From Utricularia gibba (Eukaryota; Plantae; Magnoliophyta): 64,000 nt of DNA. The DNA lies in assembly GCA_002189035.1 (NCBI GenBank), contig CM007991.1, positions 2,914,001-2,978,000 on the forward strand, given 5' to 3'. Within the stretch, counting starts at the first letter, position 1. Every line of letters begins with the position of its first letter. Below are positions 53,142 to 64,000 of this stretch, in pieces. Under the pieces are notes generated by a model, which saw nothing but the letters and a program-made list of their open reading frames with translations, had not been told where the DNA came from and did not search any database. Position numbers and translations under genes: made by a program.

Positions 53142-56101
53142 ATGGGGGGCGTTTGTTCCGCAGAAACTGTTGTGCGGAATGTGAAATCGGATGAACTCGT
53201 ATATAATAAAACTTGGGGACTCTCGGAGGAGAATCAGAAATCAAATGGGGGATTTCAACAGAATCGAGATAATGAGGCCCACATGTTTGAGAAGCGCCCG
53301 CGACCCCGGCAAATGTTTGATTCCGGTGACCTTACCGCGATTTCCCGTGAACTCAAACAGTCTATGCCGTCCACCACTCCAGCGAACAAGGTATGATGTA
53401 CTTACGCCAAGCCTTTTCCTGCTCCCTATTGTGATGTGTCTGTCCCTCTATTGATGGTGGATTAGACTGTGGAGACAGTGAATCATGTTGAATACCTATG
53501 AGCTTAAACGAAGAAATGGCCCTTTTTATGACTGAATGGCTCTTTTGTTGATCCTGGACAAGAACTCAGATTATGTTGATCTTCATGCCTTTCCTTGTAC
53601 AGTCCTTGATCTTCTCCTTGTCCATGGTCAACTGTTGAGCAGCTATATATACTCCATCTGTCACAGGCACAAACACAGTCTTTCTTAGGGAAGGCCGGTA
53701 TTGCAGGCCTCGATAAGGCAGTGAATGTGCTTGATGTTCTTGGTAGTAGCATGACCAATTTGTCTGCCAGTGGCTTTCCGGTGGGCGTGACCAGTAGAAC
53801 TTCCAGAATACGAATACTTGCATTTGAAGTAGCTAACACCATAGCCAAAGGTTCAAGCTTGCTGCAGTCTCTGTCTGATGACAACATCCATGAACTGAAG
53901 ACAAAAGTATTAACTTCAAAAGGGGTGAAGCGGCTCGTTTCTACAGATATGAAGGAGCTTTTTTCCATTGCAGCTGCTGACAAAAGGTAGCGTTTGTGGG
54001 TGTCTTGCTCTGTGCTTCTGTCAGCAGATTTGAATTTGTTTTGTCCACTTCATTGGCAGGGAAGAATTCGATGTGTTCACCGCGAGGTTATCAGATTTGG
54101 GAACCTATGCAAAGACCCCCAGTGGCACCATTTAGATCGCTTCTTTTTGAGGTAGTTGCTGTCTGAGCTTTTTCTCGTCCCCTTTCAGATGAGTGATACA
54201 TCATTCATCTGGGCTTCTAGGTGGGATTCCGTGTCCGATGTTCATAAGCAGAAACGAGAAGATGCTGAAATGACAATGCAAGAATTGAACACTCTCGCTC
54301 AGCACACATCAGTGAGTTCACTATCATCTGTTGGTGCTTATTCGTGTGGTTTGATTATATCACGCTCGATCCGGTGTAGGAACTGTATCATGAGCTCCAT
54401 GCTTTGGACAGATTTGAGCTGGATTATAGGAAGAAGATAGAAGAAGCAGAATCCTTGAAGCTTCCAAAGAAAGGTGGCTTCAAGTTGCTCTTAACTTGTG
54501 GGAGGATGCCTAAAGCAACCCTGTTTATGAATGCTTACTGCGATCACGCAAATGACATTTAAAGTCTTGCCATCATAGGAGAATACCTGACAATGTTACA
54601 AAGTGAGCTAAAGAATCAACGTAAGCTTGTGATGAGCCTGCAAAAGAAATCCCTTTGGTCGAAAACCATGGAACAGGTAACATCTAGCTAACCAGATCAC
54701 CTTTTTTCAGTTACCCTTTCTTCTTTGGCATCTCCAAGCTGATGAATGAACTTCACACAATCTTGTGGAGGTCGTGGAGAAGCTAATAGACATCGTTACG
54801 TTCATACATCAAGAGATGACAGATGCTTTTGGGAGTGACGGTATAGTGGAAACTTCTCCTTTATAGTATCATCGGACACTATGCCTTGACAACCTTTCAC
54901 CGGTCTTTATATATCCTCTTGTGTTCCTGATAGGCACCCTGCAACAAGAAAAGGACTCAGCAGAAAAACCGAAAAGACTCGGAACGGCTGGCCTTGCACT
55001 GCATTATGCTAACATAATTACACAGATAGACAATCTTGTAAGTTGATCTTTCTGTGCAGCGGTTGTGTTCTTGAATGATTGATCGTCTCACTTAAACTGC
55101 CATCATCCAAGGCCTCAAAACCATCTTATCTTCCTCCCAACATGCGAGAGACATTGTACGATAGTTTACCACCATCCATCAAGACAGCACTTCGCTCTCA
55201 GCTGCAACTTGATACCAGGGAAGAGGTATCTATATCACATATATAGATGGTTCATTCATCTTGTGAAGACATTCAAAGTATGCCCATTTTTTTTAATCCT
55301 CATCTCCTGAGCTCGTTTCCGGTTGTGTAGCTCTCATTTCTCGAGATCAAGGCTGGGATGAAGAAGTCTCTCGACTGGCTGGCCCCTTTAGCAGTTGACA
55401 CGACTAGGTATGATGTCTTTCAGCAAAGAAATGTATGAGTTTACATCACATAAGGTATTCTGAATCTTGGGAAATGGAAGCAGGGTGCATCAGGGGTTCG
55501 GATGGGTCGGAGAATGGGCCAACGCAGGGTCAGTGTATGAGCAACCTTATCATCATCATGTCTCATAATACCTCAAAAACGGATGGCTGATGAACTAGCT
55601 TCCATGTGACAGGACTGAATCGGACAAGAAAATGACGACTTCAGGTAACCTGATCCGGTTGCAGACGCTGTACCATGCCGACAAAGACAAGGTGGAATCC
55701 CACATACTCGATCTTCTAGTGTGGCTTCACCGCCTCATCAGCCTCCTCCGGCATCGAGATAACAAGCCTCCCCGGTGAGATCCTCACCGCGAAAAGTTGC
55801 CACTATAGGCTCACGGGCACCGTCGGACAACAAGGCCAATAATGCTGCGCTGATCTCACCCGAGGATAGAACCCTGTTGGAGAACGTGACGAAACGGAGG
55901 CGGATGCTCATCCAGGGACGTAGCAGGAGCCTAGAATTGGTGAGGACCAAGAAGAATAGTAAACGAAAGGCGCTGAGCCGAAGCAGCGGCAGCTCGCCCG
56001 CGGTTGGGGCGGCGGAGCAACGTGGGACGGCGGACATGTGGGACGTGCTGGACGGTCTAGATTCGTCGTTCTCGGTCCCCGGAGAAGATGGTTTCCGATG
56101 A
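53142..56101 (+). CDS. PSI2: DUF668/DUF3475 protein, PSK SIMULATOR 2 (PSI2)-like; two apparent frameshifts
   Basis: MGGVCS start, ILAFEVANTIAKG, ELYHELHALDRFE, GLALHYANII, HQGFGWVGEWA, RLQTLYHADK and the terminal DVLDGLD. Confidence 0.88.
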
Positions 56102-56471
56102 CTTCTTTCTTCCTCCCAGTTACTTATTTTTGGATGTATTGATCACAGTGCCAGAATAACGTTCACGGAATGGGGCCCACGCTTCTGTCACGTGGCGCCG
56201 CGTTTCATCCTTTCTGTTAATAAAAAAAAAACTTCGCCGGTTACCGAAAGATCCCGGCGGTTAAACCACCTACTCCGATCACCTGTTTCGAGTGCGGCAT
56301 CGTTTACAGGTCGGTCGCTGCGATATTCTTGCTTCCTCTTCAGACCCTAAAAGATGCATTATGACTTTTTGCCCGATTACCCCGGCGACGGCTCTTCATT
56401 TGTGTGTGACCGCTCGCTTGAAGTTTCGCTCTCAGCGGTCCCGTACAGGCAAAGAACTTTCCGGCCACCAC

Positions 56472-56490
56472 CATTCATTCATTCATTCAT
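56472..56490 (+). repeat. (CATT)n microsatellite
   Basis: cattcattcattcattcat. Confidence 0.75.
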
Positions 56491-57168
56491 CCACGTGCGC
56501 TTTTCAATTTACTCAACATACGTCGAGTCAGAGTTTCCACGCGGTGGCGAAGCTTACAATCTCCAGAATCTTCCCGGAAAGAGCCCCAAACGGTGACCCC
56601 TCTCTCTGCCCCAGAAACAGGAGATTGTGGGCTCCTTTGCAGTTGTTCCAGGAACAAAACTTGATGAAACGCGATGACGCGAGCCAGCGAACACGGAAAC
56701 GTCCAACCTGCGGTCTGGACTTCGTGGGGCCGACTTGGCCCCCGGCCCATCTTCCTCGCCTTCGCTGACCACGAAAGGTCCAACCCCCGACCCGACAACA
56801 GAATCGGGTCTTGCATTCCCACTAACTGCAAAAATATCAAAAATTTAGAAAAGTAATTTTGTGATCCAAAAAAATATCAAAAATCTGAAAATGGTAATTA
56901 ATTTAAAAATAATTTTATTATGAAATTGTTAAAGAATAGAAATTTGGAAGATTTGACCAGTTTATATATTTTATTAGAATTAATTTACACGCGCACGTTA
57001 GCGAATTTTATAAAAAAATAATATAAAGAAAGCGGTAGCGAATTTTCAAATGCCTTCCTGATGGTGTATTTAAATGCTTGTCGCCGTTGCTCCCTCAGAC
57101 ACCAAAACTGCCATTCCGAATCTTTCTTCTGTGTTCTCGAGAAAAGAAAAGAAAAGAAAAGCTCCGCG

Positions 57169-58291
57169 ATGGAAACACATTCGCTTCGCGTCATCTTCGT
57201 GGCTCTGTTCTTTGTCGCTGGGGCGAATTCTCAGGCGAGCTTCACATTTGTTAACAGGTGTGGCTTCACGGTTTGGCCGGGAGTGTTATCCAACGCAGGC
57301 GTTGCGCCGCTTTCTACCACCGGCTTCGCCTTGCAGACGGGAGAATCGCTGACGATCGCGGCGCCCAGTGGGTGGGGGGGCCGTTTCTGGGGGCGTACGT
57401 TTTGCAGCTACGGTGCAGATGGGCGATTCTCGTGCGCTACAGGGGATTGTGGTTCCGGTCAGGTTGCATGCGTCGGCGCCGGCGCGGCGCCTCCGGCTAC
57501 TCTCGCTGAATTCACCCTTGACGGCGCTGATGGCAAGGATTTCTACGACATTAGCCTGGTTGATGGGTACAATCTGCCGATGATCGTGGTTCCCCAGGGC
57601 GGAACCGGCGTGAACTGTACGAGTGCGGGGTGTATGGCGGACCTGAACGCCGGGTGCCCCTCGGAGCTACGAGTGGAGAGCGAAGTCGGTGGAGGGGTGG
57701 CGTGCAAGAGCGCCTGCGAGGCTTTCAGGTCCGACGAGTATTGCTGCAGCGGCGCGTACGGTACACCGTCGTCGTGCCAGCCTTCCCAGTACGCGCGGAT
57801 GTTCAAAAGCGCGTGTCCCCAGGCGTACAGCTACGCGTATGACGATCAATCCAGCACGTTCACGTGTACGGGCGCCGACTACGTGGTCACGTTCTGCCCA
57901 TCTCCCAACACAAGGTATTTTGACATATTTGCCCCTCCCCGTCTTCTCTTACACCCCGTCGGAGCATTTTGCCCGTTGCCCAATAAATGCCAAAAAAGTC
58001 TGCCAAAACGGCCGTTGCGGCTGCAATAATTCAGCACCACGCGACAGAGCAATAATTCCATATTTTTTAATCGTGTTGACCAACGCTTTTGTCTTCTGCA
58101 GTCAGAAAACGTCTTCCGAGGGGCAGAATCCGAGTTCGCGACCGGGGAGAAATGGGAACCCTCCGGTGGATACCTCGATGGTTTACCAAGGATCCGGCGC
58201 CTCCTCAGCGGCTTCCGCGTCCTCAGCTTTGCTCGCCGGCGCTGTGGGCGTCGCCACGGCGACACTGTGGCGGTCGGTGATTCGCCTCTGA
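57169..58291 (+). CDS. TLP: thaumatin-like protein (PR-5 family) with a C-terminal hydrophobic extension
   Basis: Signal peptide, FTFVNRCGFTVWPG, GRFWGRTFC, DFYDISLVDGYNLP and FKSACPQAYSYAYDD. Exons 57169-57914 and 58102-58291, ending ALLAGAVGVATATLWRSVIRL. Confidence 0.95.
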
Positions 58292-58475
58292 TCCCGACGG
58301 ACCCCCACCAGGAGGGCGGTGCTGCTCTTGCTATCGGGGGAAGTGGACCATCATTTTGTCGCGAAGTCAATGGTGGACCAGTTGAATCTGGGCCTATTCT
58401 TTTTTTCTTTCCGGGCGAGAAGCCCAATCAGGACCACAAAGAAGACGGTGACAGCGACGTCAAGAATGTAGGGAA

Positions 58476-58500
58476 ATAGAGATAGAGATAGAGATAGATA
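58476..58500 (+). repeat. (TAGAGA/GATA)n simple repeat between convergent 3' ends
   Basis: tagagatagagatagagatagata. Confidence 0.7.
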
Positions 58501-58683
58501 GGCAGGGGCTATTCATTTATCAACAGTGTACTACTTGATCCTGTTCTCACGCTTTACAAATGCGAATTCATTCGACTAGCAGGGAGCCATGCATGGCAGC
58601 AAAACTATGGGATCATCCCAAAAATCTAACAACTAGCAAGTATCTAGCATAGAGGAAAGGGAGACGACCTGCATGTTATGGCT

Positions 58684-61600
58684 CTACAGCTCATCTTTCA
58701 GATCCTCCGGCACGTTCGTCTCCGAAGAAGCTTCAGCTTCGTTGTAGCTGTCTTCTGCTTCGGCTTGTTCGGCTTCATCTTCTTCTTCGACGGTGGCTTC
58801 AGGGTCGATGCTGAGACTGGCCTTCACTGAGGTGTAGATTCGAGAAGCGAAGTCCTTTGGATCGCTCAGAGTGAAGCCACTCTCCATAAGGGCTGTCTGG
58901 TACATCAGCTGTGCTGTTTGCTTCACGCTTGGATCCTAATGGATGGATTCAAAAAGGGGGGATTGGATTAGATGACTTGGAATGCAGTGAGGAGCAGAAG
59001 TAGTTTGTGTTGATACCTCAGGGTCTTGTACCACGCGTTGTCGGAGCTCCTTGATGATGGGGTGTCTCGGGTTGATTTCCAGCACCCTCTTGCCCCGCAT
59101 GTAGGCTTGTCTGTTGGAATCGGACAGGGTTTGGGACTGCATGATTCTTTCCATGTTGGCACTCCAACCAAATTTAGATGTTACGACGATGCAGGGGGAA
59201 TCGGCGAGGCGATTGCTGATCTTGACGTCATCAACATTTTCACTGGCGAGAGCACCTTTCCACCATTTGGTTAACCCTTTGAATGACTCCTTCAGTTCCT
59301 TGTCCTTTGAGTCTTTGCCTAGTTTCAACCCTTCTTTGGATACGTTTTGGAATTTCTTGTCTTCGTAATCCATTAAATATTGCATCAGGTACTCATCCAC
59401 AGGATCAGTGAAGAAGATAACCTGAAGTAGAGAGGAATCATAAGGACATTGAGAATGAATCAGAAAACGAGTAGTTGGCATCTGTAGCAAGTGTGTGTTC
59501 ACCTCATAATTCTTCTTCTTGAGTCTTTGAAGGAATGGGGATTTCTCCAACTGCTCCTTGCTTGTTCCGGTGATGTACAAGATGTCTTTCTGACCAGATT
59601 TCATCCTTGCGATGTATTGATCTAGCGAGGTTAACTTGCCATCGGACTTAGAACTGAGAATAACAGAACATACTGAGTAAAACATGGGGCCATCTGGAGC
59701 AGACTGGAGAAGCTACGTACGTTTCAAATCGAAGAAGCTTTGCAAGGCGGTTTCTGTTCGTCGCATCTTCAATGATACCAAGCTTGATGGACTTGCCAAA
59801 CTCGTTCCAAAATTTGGTTTATTGACCTTTCTTTTCGTCAATGTCACTTGATTCTTCGCTGTCTACAAAGCCATCAGAATCCTTAAACTCATTAGCACTC
59901 AAAATGCAAAGAGAAAGAAGATCGCTGCATAGGGGGGATCCTAAGCAGAGTCATCCCCATGCGAAGGGTTGGTTCATCAAGTAGACCAACGAAGCAAAAG
60001 CTACGGTACCTTTTTTTCCGTCACCAGCTTCATCAGGGTCCTCCTCTGCGAGTTTCCGAATCATATCCAGAGCTTTGCGGATGAGCTTCTTCTTAATTGT
60101 TTTTAGACTGCTATGCTGCTGAAGCATTTCTCTGGACACATTCAGTGGCAAGGTATCAGAATCAACAAGACCCTGGTCAAAATAGTTCTGTCAGGTAAGA
60201 CACTTCAAGGGGCAACTTTGATAAGCAAATAAAAAGGAATAGCAGTTCCATGGTATTGAGAAAGAAACTATTACCAATAGGAAATTTAAATACTTCGGCA
60301 GAAGTTCATCGAATTCATCCGAGATAAAGACCCTTCTAACATAGAGTTTCAAGTTGGATTTTTTTGAATTGTAGTAGCTCTCGTAAAGATCATGAGGAGC
60401 CTTGGGAGGAACAAACAATAGTGCCTTGAACTCAACATCACCTTCAGCGTTGAAGTGACTCAAGTACAAAACCGCTCTATAAGAAGAGAAGAAAAACTCA
60501 AAATTTGAACAGGCATTTTCAGTTACCTTGGCCAGAGAATGATAGAATTTAGCGTACTCTTCCTCAGTCACCTCCTTTGGGCTCCTCAGCCATATAGCTT
60601 TCATGTCGTTCAGAAGTTCCCAATCATACACCGTTTTCTGAATCTTTTTAGTTTTGTTCTCTCCATCTTTCTCAGCATCATCTTCTTCTTCTTCTTCGTC
60701 TGAAGGTTTGGTATCGGCTGAAAATCCAGTTATCAATGTCGTACCCCAGTGATGGAAAATACGCGAGACACACCCCTACTTAAGGAGCTATGTCAACAAC
60801 CTACCTGAGTCATCGTCATCACTGGACTCTTCTTCATCAGCGGGAACCTCCTCATCCACCTGCCTGCTGGACCAAAGGTATATGGGAAAGTTGATAAATT
60901 CCGAATACCGTTTCACCAGTTCCTGCGACGCCCAGAAATTTTTATCCATGAATACGTAAATTTATTTAGAAAGTCACTGTAGTGAACAAGGTTACAGAAC
61001 CTTAAGTTTGAACTCATCCAAGTACTCCTGTGCCTCATCTCGAAGATACAGCCTGATTTCTGTTCCACGGCCAAGGGGTTCATTCCATGTATCTTCTGAT
61101 ATGGCAAAGTTTCCATCAGCTTTGGACTCCCAGACATACCTGAACCATTGCATGCACATTCGTTACAAAACGTAGGAACGTGACTTTTCGGTGGTACAGC
61201 CGCTGAAGTCTAAACTCACTGTTTATCATCATTATGTTTGCTTATCACTTCAACGTAATCAGCCACAAGATACACGGAGTAGAATCCAACGCCAAATTGC
61301 CCAATGAGGTTGAGATCACCACTTGTCTGAATCTTTTCAACAAATGCTGCAGATAGAAAAAAAAAACATTTTCATATAGATTTAGAATCAGATAAAGGCA
61401 TTGATGATAAAGCGACACAAGGCTGGGAAAAACTGCCACATGCACACAGTATGGTGTGTAGGTAGTTATCCCATTCACAAGCTATGATGTCATGGTGTTT
61501 TAAGTCATGCTCTTACCAAAAACAAGAGAGACGCAACAATCATTACTAATCTTACTTACTTTTACTGTAATATGCATTTAAAGGTACCTGATGTTCCAGA

Positions 61601-62940
61601 TTTCGCAATGGTACCCAAATTCTTGATTAAATCCTCCTTGGTCATCCCTATACCTCTATCTCGGATGGACAGTAATTTTTTGTCCTTGTCCAATTTAATC
61701 TGCATTGACCAAAAACATCAGCTTAGACGTCTAGTGGTTCCATTTTACTGGAGGTTTTATCAGCTTTTTTTTTCTTATGTAAATGGCCACGAATGAAAAT
61801 AAGCATCAGATCAAATTTAAGCAAATATATGCATATGACGGCAGACCTGAATCTCGAGCTTGGCATTTTCGCCTTCTCCAAGAACTTCTTTTTCAGTGAG
61901 CGACAGGAACCTGATTTTGTCCAACGCCTAAAAATCAGTGACAAATCACAGGTAAGAACACGCACCATATACAAGCGATGCAAAAAATACAATCAGAATA
62001 CAAGCACATTTGAAGCATTCGATATCAACTCCCTCAAGAAAATATCTTTGTTGCTGTAAAGAGAGTTGATGATGATGTCCATGAGCCGTGACACCTCTGC
62101 CTGGAACTGAAACTTCTCAGCTTCCGGGCGCAGATATCTTCCCGAGATGGATTCGGATTGCCTGCATTACACACCAACATCCGCTACAACGATCCACACT
62201 CCCCGCGAATCAAAACATTTTTCAGTAGAAGTGTTGGACATATGGCTTAAGGGGCTGGATGGACAGCAACTGTCATGTCCGAAAGATTCAAGCTGAGGTT
62301 TATAGAAGAGTAGGCAGTTAAGCCATGATGGAAAACGTGGCACACCCACTATTCACGTGCTGTTCCATGGAGGCCTTTATACATGATTGGTGTGAAGGAT
62401 GATGGGTGTGGCTGTGAAAAAGAAGATGAACAAACAGCGTGATCACGTAGCAAGAAAACGTGAAGTCTGATTTGTTCATATTTTGTAGTGTAAGTAGCTA
62501 CTGTCTTCATTGTACATTGCTGTGTAATTGTGAAAAGTTTTAGTGGATGTTCCCGTAGCCTCGAGGGTGATCGAGGCCCTGGATGTTTCCCTTTTTGGGT
62601 TTTACCAGGCTAAAACATTTTGTCTGCCTTTACTTTATCATCTCACGGTGCACAGCACTGGTTTTTCAACAAGAAGTACCTCTTGACGACTTCAGAATCC
62701 GTCGACAGTCCACTTGGCACACCGCCAATCCTCTCCTCCACCTTGAGCAGATCCTGTGTCGCATCCAAATCAACTTCGGCAGTGACATGCGACTTCTTAT
62801 CTAAAATACCCACAAACACTTCAGCGACTAAAAAATTACCCCAAAATGCAGCGAATCAAGAACAGAAGAATACCTTGATAGGGCAAAAGAAAAAGAATGC
62901 ATAGCAGTAGAAGAAGCGATGTAGTCTTCCACATGCTCAT
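58684..62940 (-). CDS. HSP90-7: ER HSP90 (endoplasmin/GRP94, SHEPHERD/HSP90-7); as sequenced it carries an in-frame stop and a damaged acceptor
   Basis: Signal peptide, [62 protein letters not shown] and the terminal KDEL. About 15 exons traced. Lesions at 59819-59821 and 60461-60526. Confidence 0.93.
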
Positions 62941-63070
62941 TTTCACGATTGCTTCCTTCAAAGAATGACTCGCGGCGCGAATCAATTATACTGAGCTTCA
63001 GAGGATGCGACTGATAGACCAGGGATCGCCACGGTGGCGAATCCGACGGCGCGAAATGAACCTCCTACTA

Positions 63071-63089
63071 CGTGGAGTGTCCTTATTGG
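63071..63089 (-). promoter_or_regulatory. ER stress response element ERSE (CCAAT-N9-CCACG)
   Basis: Minus strand CCAAT AAGGACACT CCACG is an exact consensus match, about 130 nt upstream of the HSP90-7 ATG. Confidence 0.8.
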
Positions 63090-63115
63090 ATGACCGAGCA
63101 TGGTACGGCGTGGAC

Positions 63116-63128
63116 TTCTGGAACCTTC
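63116..63128. promoter_or_regulatory. heat shock element (three alternating nGAAn units)
   Basis: TTCtgGAAccTTC. Confidence 0.7.
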
Positions 63129-63590
63129 GCAGGACCTGGACTGGGATCCGGTTTATCGTGAGTCGTTATCCACTTGCAAATTTACAAGTTTGTCTGAGAA
63201 CATTCCAGTTGATCGCAACTTGAGCAGCTGAATGAGGGCGATGCAAACAAGGGGATTCACCCTGATCGGAGTTTTTTGGCGAAGACAAGATGAGATGCCA
63301 TTGGTAAGAACTAGGCACACGTTTTCCGAATGACATATTCAGTGTGGCAGCCGCACAGAAACTCTATCTTGCGGTTGTTTCAGGTGGAGCTGTGAAACTC
63401 TCAAGGAACTACTCGCGCCAGGCCAGGATAATGAGCTGCGGCCAGCGCAGGGTGGAGTGTGCTTGCCGGTTTCCATCGTTTCTGGGGTCGGCGTAACTCT
63501 CTGTTTTTTTATTTGAACGGGGCTGGATGCTGCTTCAACGATGGGGGATACCAGAACCTCCATGAGATGCTTGAACCCCAAGGATCATGA

Positions 63591-63933
63591 TCAATCAACT
63601 GAGGCAAACTTGATATCATTGCTACCAATTCAGGCGAACTCAAGGTGTCTTCGACATTCCTGAAAACCATCTTACCAGAAATGTGTGATACGGGTCTTGT
63701 CTTGTTGTTGCTATTATCTGTGAATGCAGGACAGGGGAGAACCAGCATTACACGTTGCCAATGCTCCTCTCTCAGACTGCTGCGTTCTAACCCCTCTGTT
63801 CCAGCTTCATCGGGTGATTTGCTTTTAGCATCTGAACACATTATTGTTGTAACATATCCACTTCCATGTGGTGCCACATTATTGTTGCACCAAAACAACA
63901 CAAGTTCAGAGCCACGGCCAGGGAAGGGCTAGT
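63591..63933 (-). CDS. 3' end of an unidentified multi-exon gene entering from the right edge
   Basis: Exons 63933-63902, 63831-63792, 63717-63676 and 63598-63591 are separated by GT-AG introns of 70, 74 and 77 nt with compatible phases. They give LALPGRGSELMLKANHPMKLEQRDNSNNKTRPVSHISVD stop. Confidence 0.55.
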
Positions 63934-64000
63934 TCTACGCAGCCCAGTTCATGAACATGAGACCTTACCATCATTCACACAAGTACAAAAAAAGCTCATG

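Noticed and set aside
56292-56856. Cluster of overlapping ORFs between PSI2 and the thaumatin gene
   Set aside because: No family motifs or convincing splice pattern. The GC-rich sequence with TCP-like and G-box-like words fits a promoter region.

Overview
This is plant nuclear DNA from a eudicot, probably an asterid (the D-class MADS tail resembles the FBP7/FBP11 type). The window is very compact: about 22 intron-containing or intronless protein genes in 64 kb, most introns about 65-140 nt, and no recognisable transposon, rRNA, tRNA or CRISPR array. That architecture resembles miniature genomes such as Lentibulariaceae (inference only). Gene order: OPR (partial), AGL11/STK-like MADS, FSH-type serine hydrolase, MLH1, MIC10, patellin, KIN7N-like kinesin, an uncharacterised intronless gene, 2xRRM hnRNP-like protein, LCAT1, SEN1-like helicase, GPI-anchored nsLTP, PLS-PPR (PDM1/SEL1-like), MUB, BRD1/2-like bromodomain, HMGB, a truncated Canopy/DUF3456 remnant, GLR3.3-like, PAT21, PSI2-like DUF668, thaumatin-like protein, ER HSP90 (SHEPHERD/GRP94), and the 3' end of an unidentified gene. 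Exons were traced by hand from GT/GC-AG signals and remembered family motifs; no database search was possible. I cannot support a wholly new biological system here. The best leads are: (1) a diverged inverted duplication at 51.7-52.1 kb that could fold into a long hairpin RNA behind a TATA box; (2) a two-exon Canopy gene stump that may now act as promoter/leader of GLR3.3; (3) an HSP90-7 gene with a nonsense codon and a lost acceptor/exon start but an intact ERSE+HSE promoter; (4) small regulatory-splicing candidates. Six short frameshifts in five genes, mostly in base runs, suggest uncorrected assembly errors, so every lesion needs read-level confirmation.
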